Part shown: positions 1 through 12,286 of the stretch, piece by piece
Numbering within the stretch: the first letter of the stretch is position 1
Layout of the letters: each line of letters begins with the position of its first letter
NCBI RefSeq assembly: GCF_000485595.1
Contig: NW_014577088.1
Span: 489,249 to 513,300 of the forward strand
DNA from: Priapulus caudatus
Lineage: Eukaryota
Reading direction: 5' to 3'
Length of the DNA: 24,052 bases
Notes under the pieces: model-generated
The model's database searches: none
The model's input: the letters and a program-made list of their open reading frames with translations, nothing else
Told to the model about the DNA's origin: nothing
Made by a program: the position numbers and the translations under genes

Positions 1-80
1 ACCAACACACCAACACACCAACACACCAACACACCAACACACCAACACATCAACACACCAACACACAATATATATATATA
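1..80. repeat. (ACCAACAC)n-type CA-rich simple repeat followed by short (TA)n
   Basis: Imperfect tandem ACCAACAC/ACAACAC units from the window edge to ~66, then TATATA to 80. Confidence 0.95.
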
Positions 81-3000
81 CTTCAAATTGTTGTTTGTAC
101 ATATCGCACATTGTCAGATAGACCGCGGTGTGCCTGAAACCAATTTGCTAGAAGGGCAAAGCGCAATATTCTTGCGTCAAAATGCGTTCACACGCAGCAC
201 AGCATTAGTCGATATGCGACGAGCTCTGGTAAGTGATAAAGCTAAAGCAAACGTGTACATGTGCAGTAATCGGCATTGTCGCTTACAGAGCGGGTTGACA
301 TAACGTAACAGCCTCCTCACATCGCCAGTACTTACATAACGCGCCATGGCAACCGCCGCCCACCTCGCATTCATTCGAGTTACTAATTTGCCTGTCCGTT
401 TATCCCTCACTGGAGCTGATGAAAAAGAATACGTAGACGCTATATAGATTGATCAGACATGCACTGCTTGCCCTTCACTCGAATCGAACCCTCGTCGACC
501 GCGGCGGATAATAGGTCTAGAATACTTATAGATGTTTTTCGAAGTGGACGAAAAACTAGCGAATTAATAGCAGCGACGTCTCAGACCGAGCTAGCAAAGG
601 GGCTTTAGAACGCTCTGGCGTGAATTGAAATCTGTCTGTGAAACTCGTTCGGCAATCTCGCCCCGACGAGACGTTCTATCCACACTTACAATGCATAGAC
701 ATGTCGGCAATATCCAGGATATTCATCAATGCGGGTGAAAATGATAAGGGCTAAAGTAGTGACGAAGCACTTTCGATTGCAGACGGACAAGAGAGCATGA
801 CTGAGGTGCGGGATAGGATATACGGGTAGGTCGAATACCTAGCACACAGTTCGAATTACCTACTTTTTATTAACAACCGTTCTTGATAGAATCGGTGTAA
901 ACGGCAAGGACCAATTTAAACGGGATTTTATTAAAGGCAAATGGTCACGGATTCATTCACGCGTGCAGGCAGTAAGGAACACGTACTCAAAAATCAACCT
1001 AAAAGACAACATATTAGTATATATACTGTTGCACGCAAATTTCATGCGCTGCAGTTGTTCATGCAACCACATAGGTAGCCATTATTTTTTTTATTTGGGG
1101 AATAACAACAAATTCTCTGCACTCAAAAAAGGCAGTCTGCGGCAAAATGAAAGAATCCACAGTCAACAATATAACACACGACACAATTACTCCAAGCAAC
1201 GACTGGAATGACAAGTTATCGTGATATCTGCTGCAAATTACTTTGGAACATTTAAAAAGACGTATGAATGCAGTATTGTGTTCAATATTTTGCTTTCATT
1301 CTTGAATAGGTATATAAAAACCTTCGTGGAGCCACGCGAACGTCTGCACGCGTTAAATTAGAGAGTCCGACAATAAAACGGATGCTCTTTACACCGCTGA
1401 CTCTGGCTGGTGCAGCGTGCAGTGGCGTGCCAATATGCATGCAAATGTAATAAACTGTGTTTAAAGCAAATACCGGTCCACATTCTTTAGCTCATCGTAT
1501 GCGCCTTTAGATTAGCTCACCCACTTTTCCCCGTACACAAGGATGTCGACGAGGCAGTCTAATCAACCAGGGCCAAATCAAAAGGGGGCAATATAATGGG
1601 GCCAAACACCACTTCGCCAAATGGCTGCCGGAAAAGCTGTCGATGATTTGTTGGTGACGCATGGAATACGTACGATTGTGAAGATCGAGACCTAGCATAA
1701 ATAAATAAACGCAAATAAACTAGGGGTGCAGAATATTTAATATAAGGTGTACGCAATGCGAACTCTACTGACTGTGTCAATACCGTACACGGCATAGGAG
1801 GTGGCTGTGTAACGTTTTTATCTGCACAACTTAATTTTAGGAATAACCATGTACTAGTTACAAAAACAAAGAAATACAACATAAACATGATTTATCAGCG
1901 AGCATCTGGGACCCATCTGCAACAGTCTAGGAACCATCTAGAACCATATACAAAATTTACCCTGCAGTCACGTGGTGCATTTCAGCCAGTCATGTAGCGT
2001 TATATACACGTCATTTGGGGTAGATAATAATAGTTACATTGTCATCTTCTTACGGAATTTACACTGTCAATAACGTCTTGTTATTGGGCACGGTAGGGGC
2101 CGCGTACTACGTATGATTCGATCAGCGTAAATTCCGTATCCAACATCAACAAGTCTCTATATGGCTTCGTTTAGCCACCTCCTGTGTCCTCGAGTTGCCT
2201 CTGAGACCAACGCCTATACCCAGCCCCCATGCAGAGACCAACCGCCTTGTCGTCTCTAGCCGGACGAGCGTCATAAGTCTATAGATAGAAAAGACGTCAT
2301 CATTATATATTCACTCATGATATATATCATTATGTGAACACGGTTTATGCACACTTGGGCGCGTACTACTACACTTTCTGAATGACGAATGATTGCCATA
2401 TTACCACAGAACACTAACTTATCTTTTGCCACCGCAAGACTGTAACAATCTGGTGTATAGAACGCCGATGCCGGACATAACTACACTCAGACGGATTTCA
2501 AAAGTAACTGCGAACGAGCCCCTAAATTGACTCAACTCCTAACGACATATGGAGACAGCCTAGACGACATGATAAAATCTACGATATAGTCGTGATGCGA
2601 CATATGTCAGATCAGAACAGAACCATATTGTATCAAATATTTTAGCATATTTCCGAAACCCGGAACGTGCTCGCATGCGATCGTTGTTGTCTCCATGTTG
2701 ACCGCAATATAGACCCCTTGCATGTGACGTCATTAAAACAAAGTCGGCGATATTAACGAGATTGGTCTAACGGCTATCGCTGAGTGACGAGAGGGCGTAA
2801 TCGCTCGTGTGTGTGATAATCGAATATTCATAAACGCATATCAAAACTGTACTTTTCGTTGGAAAGTATTGCCGGAAAAAGTCATAGCTTCACGATGAGC
2901 GCAAATCTATGAATATATAATTATTAATAACCTTACAAGCGATCATACTCTTAATTGCTACTCAATTATTAGAAACATGAAATTACACAACAAAATAGTG

Positions 3001-3910
3001 TGGTGTTTATACTGTCACGGTAACGACTTTATTACTTGTTTATCAGGAATTATTTTTATTTTGAACGAAAAGCACGGTTTCAGATCACATTAACATGTCT
3101 ACGCGTAAAATAATCATCATTCTCGCTGTTTCATTATTAAAGGTACGAATATCAATCTTAATCTTACAACTAATAAATCTATATCTCAACATATCTCACA
3201 TATCTTAATCTCTAACCATATAAGTTACAAATCCTTTCTGACAACTGCCTTAGGAGCTAGAACCGAGCCTAATCAATCAATCAGATGAGCGTTATCTTCC
3301 CTGTCTCAAACTCGTACAAATCAGTTTCCTTACATAATTCGTTTATAAACCCCCATATATGGCAGCGGCTGACATGTTTAGCGTGTTCAGACAAGTATTC
3401 TGCCGACTTTAACCACCAATTTAACCAACATATTGTGACAGGTTACATAAACTAAACTTACGGTCACGGTCATGCGCTTTCATTGAACGCGTTTTCTTGA
3501 AATCAGCCGTGAAAGGAGGCTTCGAGCGGCATTATATTTGGCCTTGGCTTCGTCGAGAAAATTCCAGGTGTTTTTTCGGTTCTGGAATACTTTGAGTCTC
3601 GCTTCCCAGAGAGAAACTGTGCGCTCAATCTTACACAAAGGTGTTGCGAAGCTGGAGAAACAGGGTCGCTAGACGAGGAAACAGGCATATCCAAGTGGCT
3701 TTCTCCCTTTCTCGATGCTGATTTTTTAATCGTGCTTTTATTTCTGTTTCGGAGTAATTAAGGTCATTTGTATGTGTACATAGCTCTCCACACTGCATGG
3801 TGGCACGCCAAAGCTCGGAATTTGCCACCTGATTTATACCGACGTTTGCCTCATTGAACTTTGCATGGTCTCATGCAATATTGGCATGTTATTGGTCTAA
3901 TTAAAATCAG

Positions 3911-3987
3911 GGGCTCGTTGTCAGAAACGAAATTAGTCTTAACATTAGTCTTAACATTACCTCTACGATGTTTCTGACAACGGGCTC
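3911..3987. mobile_element. 77-bp MITE, PIF/Harbinger-like
   Basis: Left end GGGCTCGTTGTCAGAAAC versus reverse complement of right end GAGCCCGTTGTCAGAAAC (16/18). CAG on both flanks (3908-3910, 3988-3990) is a 3-bp CWG TSD, as known for animal Harbinger elements. Internal direct repeat ATTAGTCTTAAC x2. Confidence 0.7.
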
Positions 3988-4477
3988 CAGAGCAATAAAT
4001 GCTGCGTATATCGTTACTTTGATCGAGAATTCCACCTGATTTACAACAAACACAATTTTCGTTGGCAATCTGATAATTTCACTTACATACGAGCAAGCGA
4101 TAGGTGTATCTCAAAGCGATTTATTACAATTTATTGTTTAAATTTAATTAAAATTATAACGACTACCAGGAAGGATTCACACGGATAAATTATGCTATCA
4201 GATATTTTTCTAAGTTTATGGCATGCTATGTCGTATGTTTGACAGTAGGGCCCACACGGATTGCGAGCAAACAATGTCACTGCTAACATCATCGGCCTTG
4301 TTCTCATGGATAGCTGCGATAAAACCACGCGAAGCCATATCAATTAAAAAATGACAGAGGCTAGTGAAATAAAGTACTATGGAAAATGCTAGCGAAAGTC
4401 TACGGTCAGCAGACATCGATCGAGTCGCGCAACTTCAGGTTATCCAAGAATGACGCAGCTGTCTCTTCTATGTAAGT

Positions 4478-5270
4478 TGACTTACTTGACTTAGGCCCGT
4501 GGCTCCTGGGTAGAGCATAGGTCACTGATAAAACTTCGCCACCTGACTCGGTGTTGGGCGAGTTGTCTGATGGTGTCCCAGGTGTGTCCCTCTGCTTTGA
4601 TTTCGGCTTCGACCGACCTCCTCCATGTAGTTTTCGGACGGCCCCTTCCCCGTTGACCTTGTGGGTTCCACGCCAGTGCTTGTCTTGCAATGGAGTCCCT
4701 AGATTTACGTGAGGTGTGGCCAATCCACCTCCACTTTCTTCGCTTGATGTCAGTTGCGATCGGTTGTTGCTTAGTTCTTCCCCACAGGTCAACGTTCGTT
4801 ACTTTGTCTGACCCGACAAATGATTCCCATAATTTTCCGTAAGCATCTGTTCGAAAAGGTCTGTAGTTTTTGTTTGGTCCTTTCGGTCGTTTTCCACGTT
4901 TCAGACCCGTATAGAAGGACTGACTTTACGTTTGAGTTGTAGATCTTAAGTTTCTTTTTCGTTGCGATTTGCCTGTTGTTCCAGATCTTTTTGAGAAGGT
5001 GGAAAGCAGTCTTGGCTTTACTCATTCTTGCCATATGTGTAGCCAGTATCTAGAATGCTCCCGAAGGTATTTTGATTTTGAGACGTCTTTTAGGTCTTCG
5101 TTTTCGAGTTGGATGGGTTGGTTGCTTCTGCTCTTTAGTCGCATCACTTCTGTTCTGTCTTTGTTGATTTTGAGGCCTAATTTTGCTGCCGAGCTTGCAA
5201 CTCTGTTTGTCTTGTCTTGGATTTGTTGTTTCGTGTGAGATAGAAGAGCTATGTCGTGCGCAAAGCTTTG
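4478..5270 (-). mobile_element. 5'-truncated RTE-clade non-LTR retrotransposon (LINE) with TSD
   Basis: Minus-strand translation across frameshifts: FAHDIALLSHTKQQIQDKT...LGLKINKDRTEVM...ARMSKAKTAFHLLKKIW...KLKIYNSNVKSVLLYGSETW...LQTFSNRCLRKIMGI...DIKRRKWRWIGHT...ALAWNPQGQRGRGRPKTTWRRSV...RVRWRSFISDLCST*. This is the typical RTE RT and C-terminal region. The stop runs into a short TAAG/TCAAG tail. Flanking direct repeat CTTCTATGTAAGT (4465-4477) / CTTCTATATAAGT (5271-5283), 12/13. Confidence 0.93.
4491..5264 (-). pseudogene. Frameshifted reverse transcriptase C-terminal fragment of the RTE LINE
   Basis: Begins at a mutated catalytic motif (FAHD instead of FADD) and has at least two frameshifts. 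ORF 4789..5034 of the track is one piece of it. Stop TAA at 4491-4493. Confidence 0.88.
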
Positions 5271-6140
5271 CTTCTATATAAGTATTGCGCTATATTTTTT
5301 TGCAACTCAATAAGAAACCGTCATATCTATTCCAAAATTATGTACCTGCCTGGCGTAAAACGGCTGTCTAATCGGAATTGTAGAAACGAAGAAGCGACAG
5401 ATTTTAGGCAAGCTCAGATACACTAAAGTAGTTATATATGAAACTAAAAATAGGTTAATAATAACGAGCTTTTGAATGATTGAAATTGTAGGAAATTTAC
5501 CGTTTTCTCAGGTAGCTGATATTGGAGGCGATATGTAAGTCAGTTAGTGTAATGATTAATGTGGCGTCCCAGCATCACAACTTTCGCGTGGGCATTTTTT
5601 CCGAAATAGGTAGAAGGTCTTTCAGTCGGCCCACTTCGTTAACATTTCCCCAGCTATTATTCATGCGCGTGATACCCGCGTTGTGTCCACCCGCATGGAA
5701 TAGAGGATGCCACTGCACTGAAATGCGCGTATCGTAGGGTTTAACAACAATATTTACGACCACACGAACCCGAGTTTACCTCACAAACTGAGAAATATTT
5801 ACACGAGACGCTATGCACATATCATATCATGTCGGCATGAGAGTGAAATCAGGAGCCGTCTAACAGTAGTAGTAATGATTTACATGCGCCTGCAGTTACT
5901 ACTAGGTGTACACGAGATATTCTTATCGATGTTGATATGCGCATGTATGCCTACTAGGTCGTTGCCTCTTCTTACTGGGTCACGGGGACAGGGGCATTAC
6001 TCCTAGTCGTTGGTGCACTGATGGCAGCGATTAATAATCTTCCCCGCTCGATAGTAAGCGTAGGAAGTGCGCAGCTAGTGATTAGAAAATGCGAACAAAA
6101 AAGCATGCCCTCGTACACCATTGTCAATGACATATGAGAT

Positions 6141-6180
6141 CAAGAGCCCATTAATTAATTAAGAGGTTAATGGGCTCTTG
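6141..6180. mobile_element. 40-bp hairpin mini-MITE with 7-bp TSD
   Basis: Perfect 14-bp TIR CAAGAGCCCATTAA / TTAATGGGCTCTTG; ATGAGAT duplicated at 6134-6140 and 6181-6187. Confidence 0.8.
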
Positions 6181-6564
6181 ATGAGATATAGATGCTAGAC
6201 TATATGCCCGATCCAAATATGCAGGGAAGGGGAGAAGGCGAGAGGAGGTGGAGATGGAGGAGTGATACTCAGTTCGCACTGCGATTCTACCGTTTAACTC
6301 TTTACAGTTCTGATTAATCAACGGTGATTTGAGGCGCTTCGTGATTATACCTTAGTATTGTTGAATCTTGGGCCACGCTTACTTGGAGGCGGGGACACAT
6401 CACTCAGATGCAGGTTCGAGAATTAGGAAGGGTGGTGTTGGAGCAGGGCACGCCACAGGCGCCGTGTTTGCACTGTTAAAGTGGAAGATTCGAGACCAGT
6501 GTTAGCATAAAAGCTCCAGTCTTAGTATCTAGTCTTAGTCCAGGTTATAGTATATATATAATAT

Positions 6565-6619
6565 CAGAAGTAGATAATAGGGAATTCCCTAATAGGGGAT
6601 TCCCTATTATCTACTTCTG
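6565..6619. mobile_element. 55-bp hairpin mini-MITE with 7-bp TSD
   Basis: Perfect 21-bp TIR CAGAAGTAGATAATAGGGAAT / ATTCCCTATTATCTACTTCTG; ATAATAT duplicated at 6558-6564 and 6620-6626. Confidence 0.82.
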
Positions 6620-7139
6620 ATAATATATAACCTAGCTCTAGAAGGCTATAGTTCTAGAACTATATAGAACCCGGCTTCTGTAGGTGTTCAGTAATTTTGC
6701 AACTGTCACCTTATAGCGGATATTGGATCACAAGCCAATGCCGAATTGCTCACGACGCTGCAATTTGGTTATGACCTAACTCGCATAATAGCAGGCATAG
6801 GTGAATAGTGAATGGTAGGGGACAAAGCACCGTGAAGCCACGTTTGCAGTTTCTCTACTCTGTTTCCAGATGTCACGGCGAAAAAAACACAATCGGAACA
6901 GAGGAAACGGCTGTATTCGTTAGGGTGCTCTTAGTATATTTATACGCATGGCATGGCAGCCATGCATGCCTAACAACCCGCTGTATCCATCCATATATTT
7001 AACAAGCGAAAGGAAGTTTATTCATGACTCCGATACAAGCTCAACAGATAGACAGACAACTACTAAAGACAGGTTAAAGTACTTGAGAAACAGTTACACA
7101 CGTTATAAAAAGCCTGCTTCGGTACATCGCGGTCACTAA

Positions 7140-7400
7140 CCCGCCCCGCATTCCCTAACTGCCAAGGATGAGGATGGCGGATGGGAACTCCTGGTTTTGC
7201 CTGAAACGACTGAGTGCAAGGCTGCGCATCTGGTATATATTCCATTTAACAGCTGTTACAACTGCCGACTGGGGCACAAGGTTAAAAACCCAGAAGGAAG
7301 CCAGTCTGGTTCTCAGATGTGTTCTGCCAACGCTGTTGGGTTATGGAATAGCCTAGCTGCTTTATAATGCTAGGGTGCATCAGCCTGCTAAGGTTAACTG
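7140..7400 (+). mobile_element. Possible highly degenerate CR1/L2-like LINE 3' remnant
   Basis: Stitching frames gives RMRMAD...FCLKRL...GH..RLKTQKEASLVLR..FCQR..VGLWNSL (WNSL at 7344-7355). This resembles the CR1 ORF2 C-terminal pattern RRLRGD...TRGH.LKL...FFSQRVV.LWNSLP. It needs several frameshifts, and the boundaries are approximate. Confidence 0.38.
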
Positions 7401-8976
7401 TACTATGGTGGCCCAGATGGCTATAATAACCACAGCTATAACGTATGCCGGGCCACCAGAGAAAACACAGAGTTAGGGATAATCACTTTCCAGCCTTTAG
7501 CGAAGAATTTGACGACCATTTGAGCCACCGTCCTTTGTACATCTCTGCTTGGTACGAGAAGAGCAAAGTACGATCTGTGGCGGAGCGAAGGGCTATAGTT
7601 CTAGAGCTAATTAAGTACGATGCATCAGCATTCGTCTGCAGTTTCCTCTTTCTCTTGATGATCAATCATGTAGATTAATCATATCGAACAAGTGGACGTA
7701 TACTTTGCGACCTTGTCTAGTGATACAGCAAATAACTGTTATTTACTATCTTTCTTTGAATCTCTCTTCACAACACCTCTGGACCTCTGATCTCGGTTAC
7801 TGGCGACAGACACATGTTGAGCTAGATGAATGCGAAGGTACGAATTTGAATTCTGGAATTAGGCCACTGATAAACTTGTTTGCGATAAAAAAAGACTTAT
7901 AAATATATCACGAGTCTATCCGAATTTAAAACATATATATAGTAGTTACAGTAAATACATCGAGATTAAAAATTAATTAAATTTACATTGTCTAATATAT
8001 GCGACGAAAACAATGTAATTATTAATAATACTTATTAATTATTAATGTAATGTAATGATAATTATTGCAGTCTGTAGACATCGGCATTTCTGAGGTACTA
8101 AAATGGAGGAAACAACAGCTAGGCGAATCGCCATCATTCGTGTAGTCTATGATATGTTCACTCGTGTTAACCAAAATAAGGATTATGAGGATGCTAGGTT
8201 GCCAACAAACGGCACTATGATTGTGCTTTCTTGCACGATGACATTTGCAATCTGAAGCTGCAATGCGACCAGACTAGCTGCTTTACCACAGATGCTCGCT
8301 CCTGGCTAGTTATTGATCTTCAATACATATATTCTGCCCGGTGTCTGACCTCGTGCAGCAGTAGCCAGTTTCCCCCTTTTATCATTTGCTGTAATTTCTT
8401 ACACAACAAGCTCTTTCATTTCTCGGTTAGACTCATCGACCCAGTGTCATATTCTTCTAACTCCACCGACACATGCACAATGTTGAATGCTGTCAGCTCC
8501 ATTGAAAGCTGAATGTTGGCACGTGCCTCGGCAGAATTATCCCGCATTTAGCAGTGACAGCTTGTCAGTATAATAGAGTATAGAGTCCCAGCTAAAATAT
8601 TATTAACGAATTATAGGTAAATCACATGTTACAGCTCAGCATATATAGTAAAGAACATGTAGGGAAAAATAAGTCAGGGGATATTGGAAATACTGACCAT
8701 CTTTACAATAGAGATATTATCAAACCACTGCCTAATATGTAATACAAGTAGCTATACTTCACAGTGTTCAAACAGGAAGCCACTACTCTGCTAGGATAAT
8801 CTTATATAATCTTCCCTCGGAAATAAATTTCACGAATATTACTTTACATGATTGTGCAATAATATTCTTCAAAATAGTAGTGTGCATCACACATATATAG
8901 TTACTTACACGTAACACTTGTTACTGACTTATTGTGATAATGTTATCAGGATGTTATGATGTTTCACATTAGAATA

Positions 8977-9009
8977 GCACAGGCACAGACACGCGCGCAC
9001 GCACGCACA

Positions 9010-9044
<35 letters not shown>

Positions 9045-9072
9045 GCACACGGACAGACAGACAGAGAGAGAG

Positions 9073-9120
<48 letters not shown>

Positions 9121-9223
9121 GAGGGAGGAAAGGAGTGAGTGAGTGAGTGAGTGAGTGAGTGAGGAGGGAGGAGGGAGGGAGGAGGGAGGAGGGAGAGAGG
9201 GAGGCGAGGGAGGGAGGGAGGAG
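8977..9223. repeat. Compound microsatellite (GCAC)n-(GACA)n-(GA)n-(GATA)n-(GA)n-(GAGT)n-(GGAG/GGA)n
   Basis: Consecutive simple repeat blocks read directly from the sequence. Confidence 0.97.
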
Positions 9224-10760
9224 TCATGTGCCATATATATATCGGGTAAAACATTTTGTAGAAATATATAAGATGATACAATACAGCACGATATGGGTGC
9301 ACGATATAGAGATATTGACCTCTGATATAATGTGAAAAGGAAATCAGAAAAAACCATGCAAATGTGAACGTAACGTAGAGGGGGTGTAGAAGAGACAGAG
9401 AAGTTTAGAACTTTCGTAGATGAAGGGGAGGAAGCAACAGAAAGAAGTAAAGGTAGAGGTAGAGGGATGAGAAAAATGCGGGCTAAACCTGTAAAATCTA
9501 ACTCACCGAGTTCTGACTTTTCGATTACTTGGTCCAACATTGTGTGGCTTTTACGCAGAATATTGTACTTATAAGTTAGAACAATCAGTTCTTCCTACTT
9601 AGAAGTTAATTCTCGATCTGCAATAAGAGACCAACTTTCAAGGTGGAATACAAATATGTACAGCAGAAATGCACGCGTTAAACAATAATTATGATCGTTG
9701 AATAATTTCACAAAATCTTACAGTTTAGTCCAGGTGCATAATGAATAGTACGAAATTAAAAGAGACAGGACGCCTGCACTATCATTTCCATAATATATGC
9801 ACTGCTCATAGGAGACGGGTTTATTCATTTAGTAAGAACTAACTATAAGATCCTCACTCACACAATACATATACAGTGATACACCGCATTACGATAATGT
9901 GGGTTGCGTAAATATGTCCATATGTAATTTTCAAATGATGACAACCAAACTCGCGATACCAAACGATAATTAGCTCTTGTGTAGTATTTTGGCTGAAATA
10001 AATAAGGATTTCTATCAAAAATCTGGGATGTTAAATCCCCTTCAATAAAATGAATGCACTTTTACCAAATCCTAATATAAATCACATGATATATTTAATA
10101 CATATATACAGCCAGCTGACAATATGACAGACAGAAAAGTTATTTTGACAGAAAAACTCTCCATAGGAATTGGTATCTCAAACTATATAATGGAAGGCAA
10201 TAAATTTCGCGTTACGAACGTCTTTCGGGAATGCATTACTTACGTAACGCGATGTATGACTGTATACGCTGTAAATGATGGCATTGCTTGCGGGATGTCT
10301 TGCTGTAACAAAGTAACGTGCTCTATATATATTGTCCTTTTTTTCTGCATGATACACATCGGAAGCATTTCATCAACAATGTCGCCATCATTTCGAGGTG
10401 AGACGTTTAAATTACTAGAGGCGGCTGCAGAAGCAATAGTAAGCACAGTACCGTGCATGTACAGCAAAATGCAGTACCTGACATCTCACGACCCCGGCTC
10501 TCAAAACTAATTACTTCTAGAAAATCCATCCATTTTCACCTCATAAGGAGAAACGACAATAGACGACATTTGATTCTCACTGAATTATCGCAGGGCGGCA
10601 GGGAAGATATCTTAGGGGTGGTAGAAAACGAAGGAGGTTTAGCAAGCCACAGAAGAGGCAGGCAAAGGGGAGTGGATTCCTAATTATAAACACAAGTCTA
10701 CTTTCTTGCATTTAGAGTTCGGCAAACGTTTGCGTGTAATAAAAAACACGCACTCAACCT

Positions 10761-10909
10761 CACTCACACACACACACACACACACATGCACACATACACA
10801 CACACGCGCACGCGCACGCGCACGCGCACGCGCACGCGCACACGCACACGCACACGCACACGCACACGCACACGCACACGCGCGCGCGCGCGCGCAAGAA
10901 GAAGAAGAA
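10761..10909. repeat. Compound microsatellite (CA)n-(CGCGCA)n-(CACGCA)n-(CG)n-(GAA)n
   Basis: Directly visible; followed by a purine-rich low-complexity tract at ~10930-11140. Confidence 0.97.
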
Positions 10910-11468
10910 CAAGTGTAGGAATAAATAGACATGGGGCAGAAGGTTGTAGGAATTCAGGGAGATAGGCAGAAGTAGGGGAAGGTTGGGAAGGGTCGAGGGA
11001 GGAACGGATAGAGGAAGATGGAGAAATGGCAGGGGAAGGAAAAATGGTGAAGTCTTTGGAGAGGGAGAGGAGATGGAAGATAGGGAGAGATATGAAGAGT
11101 GATGGGTAGAGGGGGAGGAAAAGAGCGAGGGAGGGAGATGTGATAAAACAAAGCGCAGATTTATCAATTGAATAAATGCTAAAGCTAAAATCCACATATG
11201 AAACCATCGTGACAGTTACATAGTTTATCTACAGCATTTCGCTTTTAATTTCAGACAAAAGATGAATTAAAAAGCTTTATCAACATTATCAACGAGCGTT
11301 TATTAAAGAGATACGAGTCATCAATTTCATATTTTCTGTAAGAAACTCAACAAAGCCAAACATGAGTCCGATCCAACCATTAGTGGAAATTACTCTGCAA
11401 CAATTAACAATCCCCAGCGGGCTTCACGTTCACTGTGTCACTCTAAGTTCACCGTCTAGACATTTGAC

Positions 11469-11508
11469 CAAGAGCGTATTAAGAAGGAACCTTCTTTATA
11501 CGCCCTTG
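11469..11508. mobile_element. 40-bp hairpin mini-MITE with 7-bp TSD
   Basis: CAAGAGCGTATTAAGAAGG-AA-CCTTCTTTATACGCCCTTG is a near-perfect palindrome. ATTTGAC is duplicated at 11462-11468 and 11509-11515. It is 35/40 identical to 14970-15009. Confidence 0.85.
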
Positions 11509-12286
11509 ATTTGACGTATAATAGCTTCCTATAATAGCCCGTCTGCTCGGAATTGTCACCATGGTGATAAGTATAACAGCTACACTAAACACCTAACAGC
11601 TCATCCGCGGTATCGTGTTGCTTTTAAAACCTGCTAACACTAATTACATCTAGTGATACCGTTTAGTCTGAACTATCAAGAACCTACATTAGACGACATT
11701 TCACTCCCATAAATACGCTTTTTGATTTCCCCCACTTTCCGTGGGGTGCACTGAAAGTTCAGCAGGCGTCTCCGCATAACATGTAACGATAGCCATGTTC
11801 AGACAGTAGTAGCTTTTAGAATAGAATCCTTTCATGATCGATGTTCACCGGGTTATTCAACGGTCACGGTGAAATAGAAAACCACCATTAGAAATTTCTT
11901 ACAACACTACCTTAACGAGGTGTAGCCTTTCTTTTCATTGAAAATCCATATTGCATAGTGCAGGTTCAATTAAACGCTCAAAACTATTCTCGATGAAGAC
12001 GGCAATTGATGATTACGTGGTGGCTGTTTAAATTGATACTGGAGACAACGAGCTGTCTTCTATTATATATATAAATGACAAATTTCAATACAGTAAAAAC
12101 CCGCGAGTGAGAACCTAGTTTTTAAGAACCTGTTAGGCTAAAATTTTCCAGTTATACTCCCTCTATACAAGAACCTGTTTAGCCTAAAATTTGAAACAGG
12201 TTCTTATTTTCTAAAATCTATATAAAAAGATGTGTAGGCCTACACTTGGGCAAATAAGATAGATCAACATTTTGGATCCTTTTTTT

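Noticed and set aside
416..430. CTGATGA hammerhead core motif
   Set aside because: No stem II followed by GAAA and no closing stems.
470..510. B-box-like GGTTCGATTC on the minus strand (tRNA or SINE head)
   Set aside because: No A box at suitable spacing, no cloverleaf, and no tail or TSD.
2709..2760. ATAGACCCCTTGCATGTGACGTCA, resembling a DNA-transposon terminus and containing a CRE palindrome
   Set aside because: No matching inverted end or TSD found in the window; cannot tell a TE end from a regulatory motif.
3503..3828. Overlapping 60-80 codon open frames in unique sequence
   Set aside because: No recognisable protein motif and no convincing splice sites.
10244..10516. Two possible minus-strand micro-exons (10244-10268, 10478-10516) with AG/GT boundaries
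   Set aside because: Signals of this strength are expected by chance in 24 kb, and I could not assemble a recognisable product. RNA-seq would be needed.
8929..11207. ORFs with RACV, RV, HT and LS repeats
   Set aside because: Translations of compound microsatellites; no splice or homology support.
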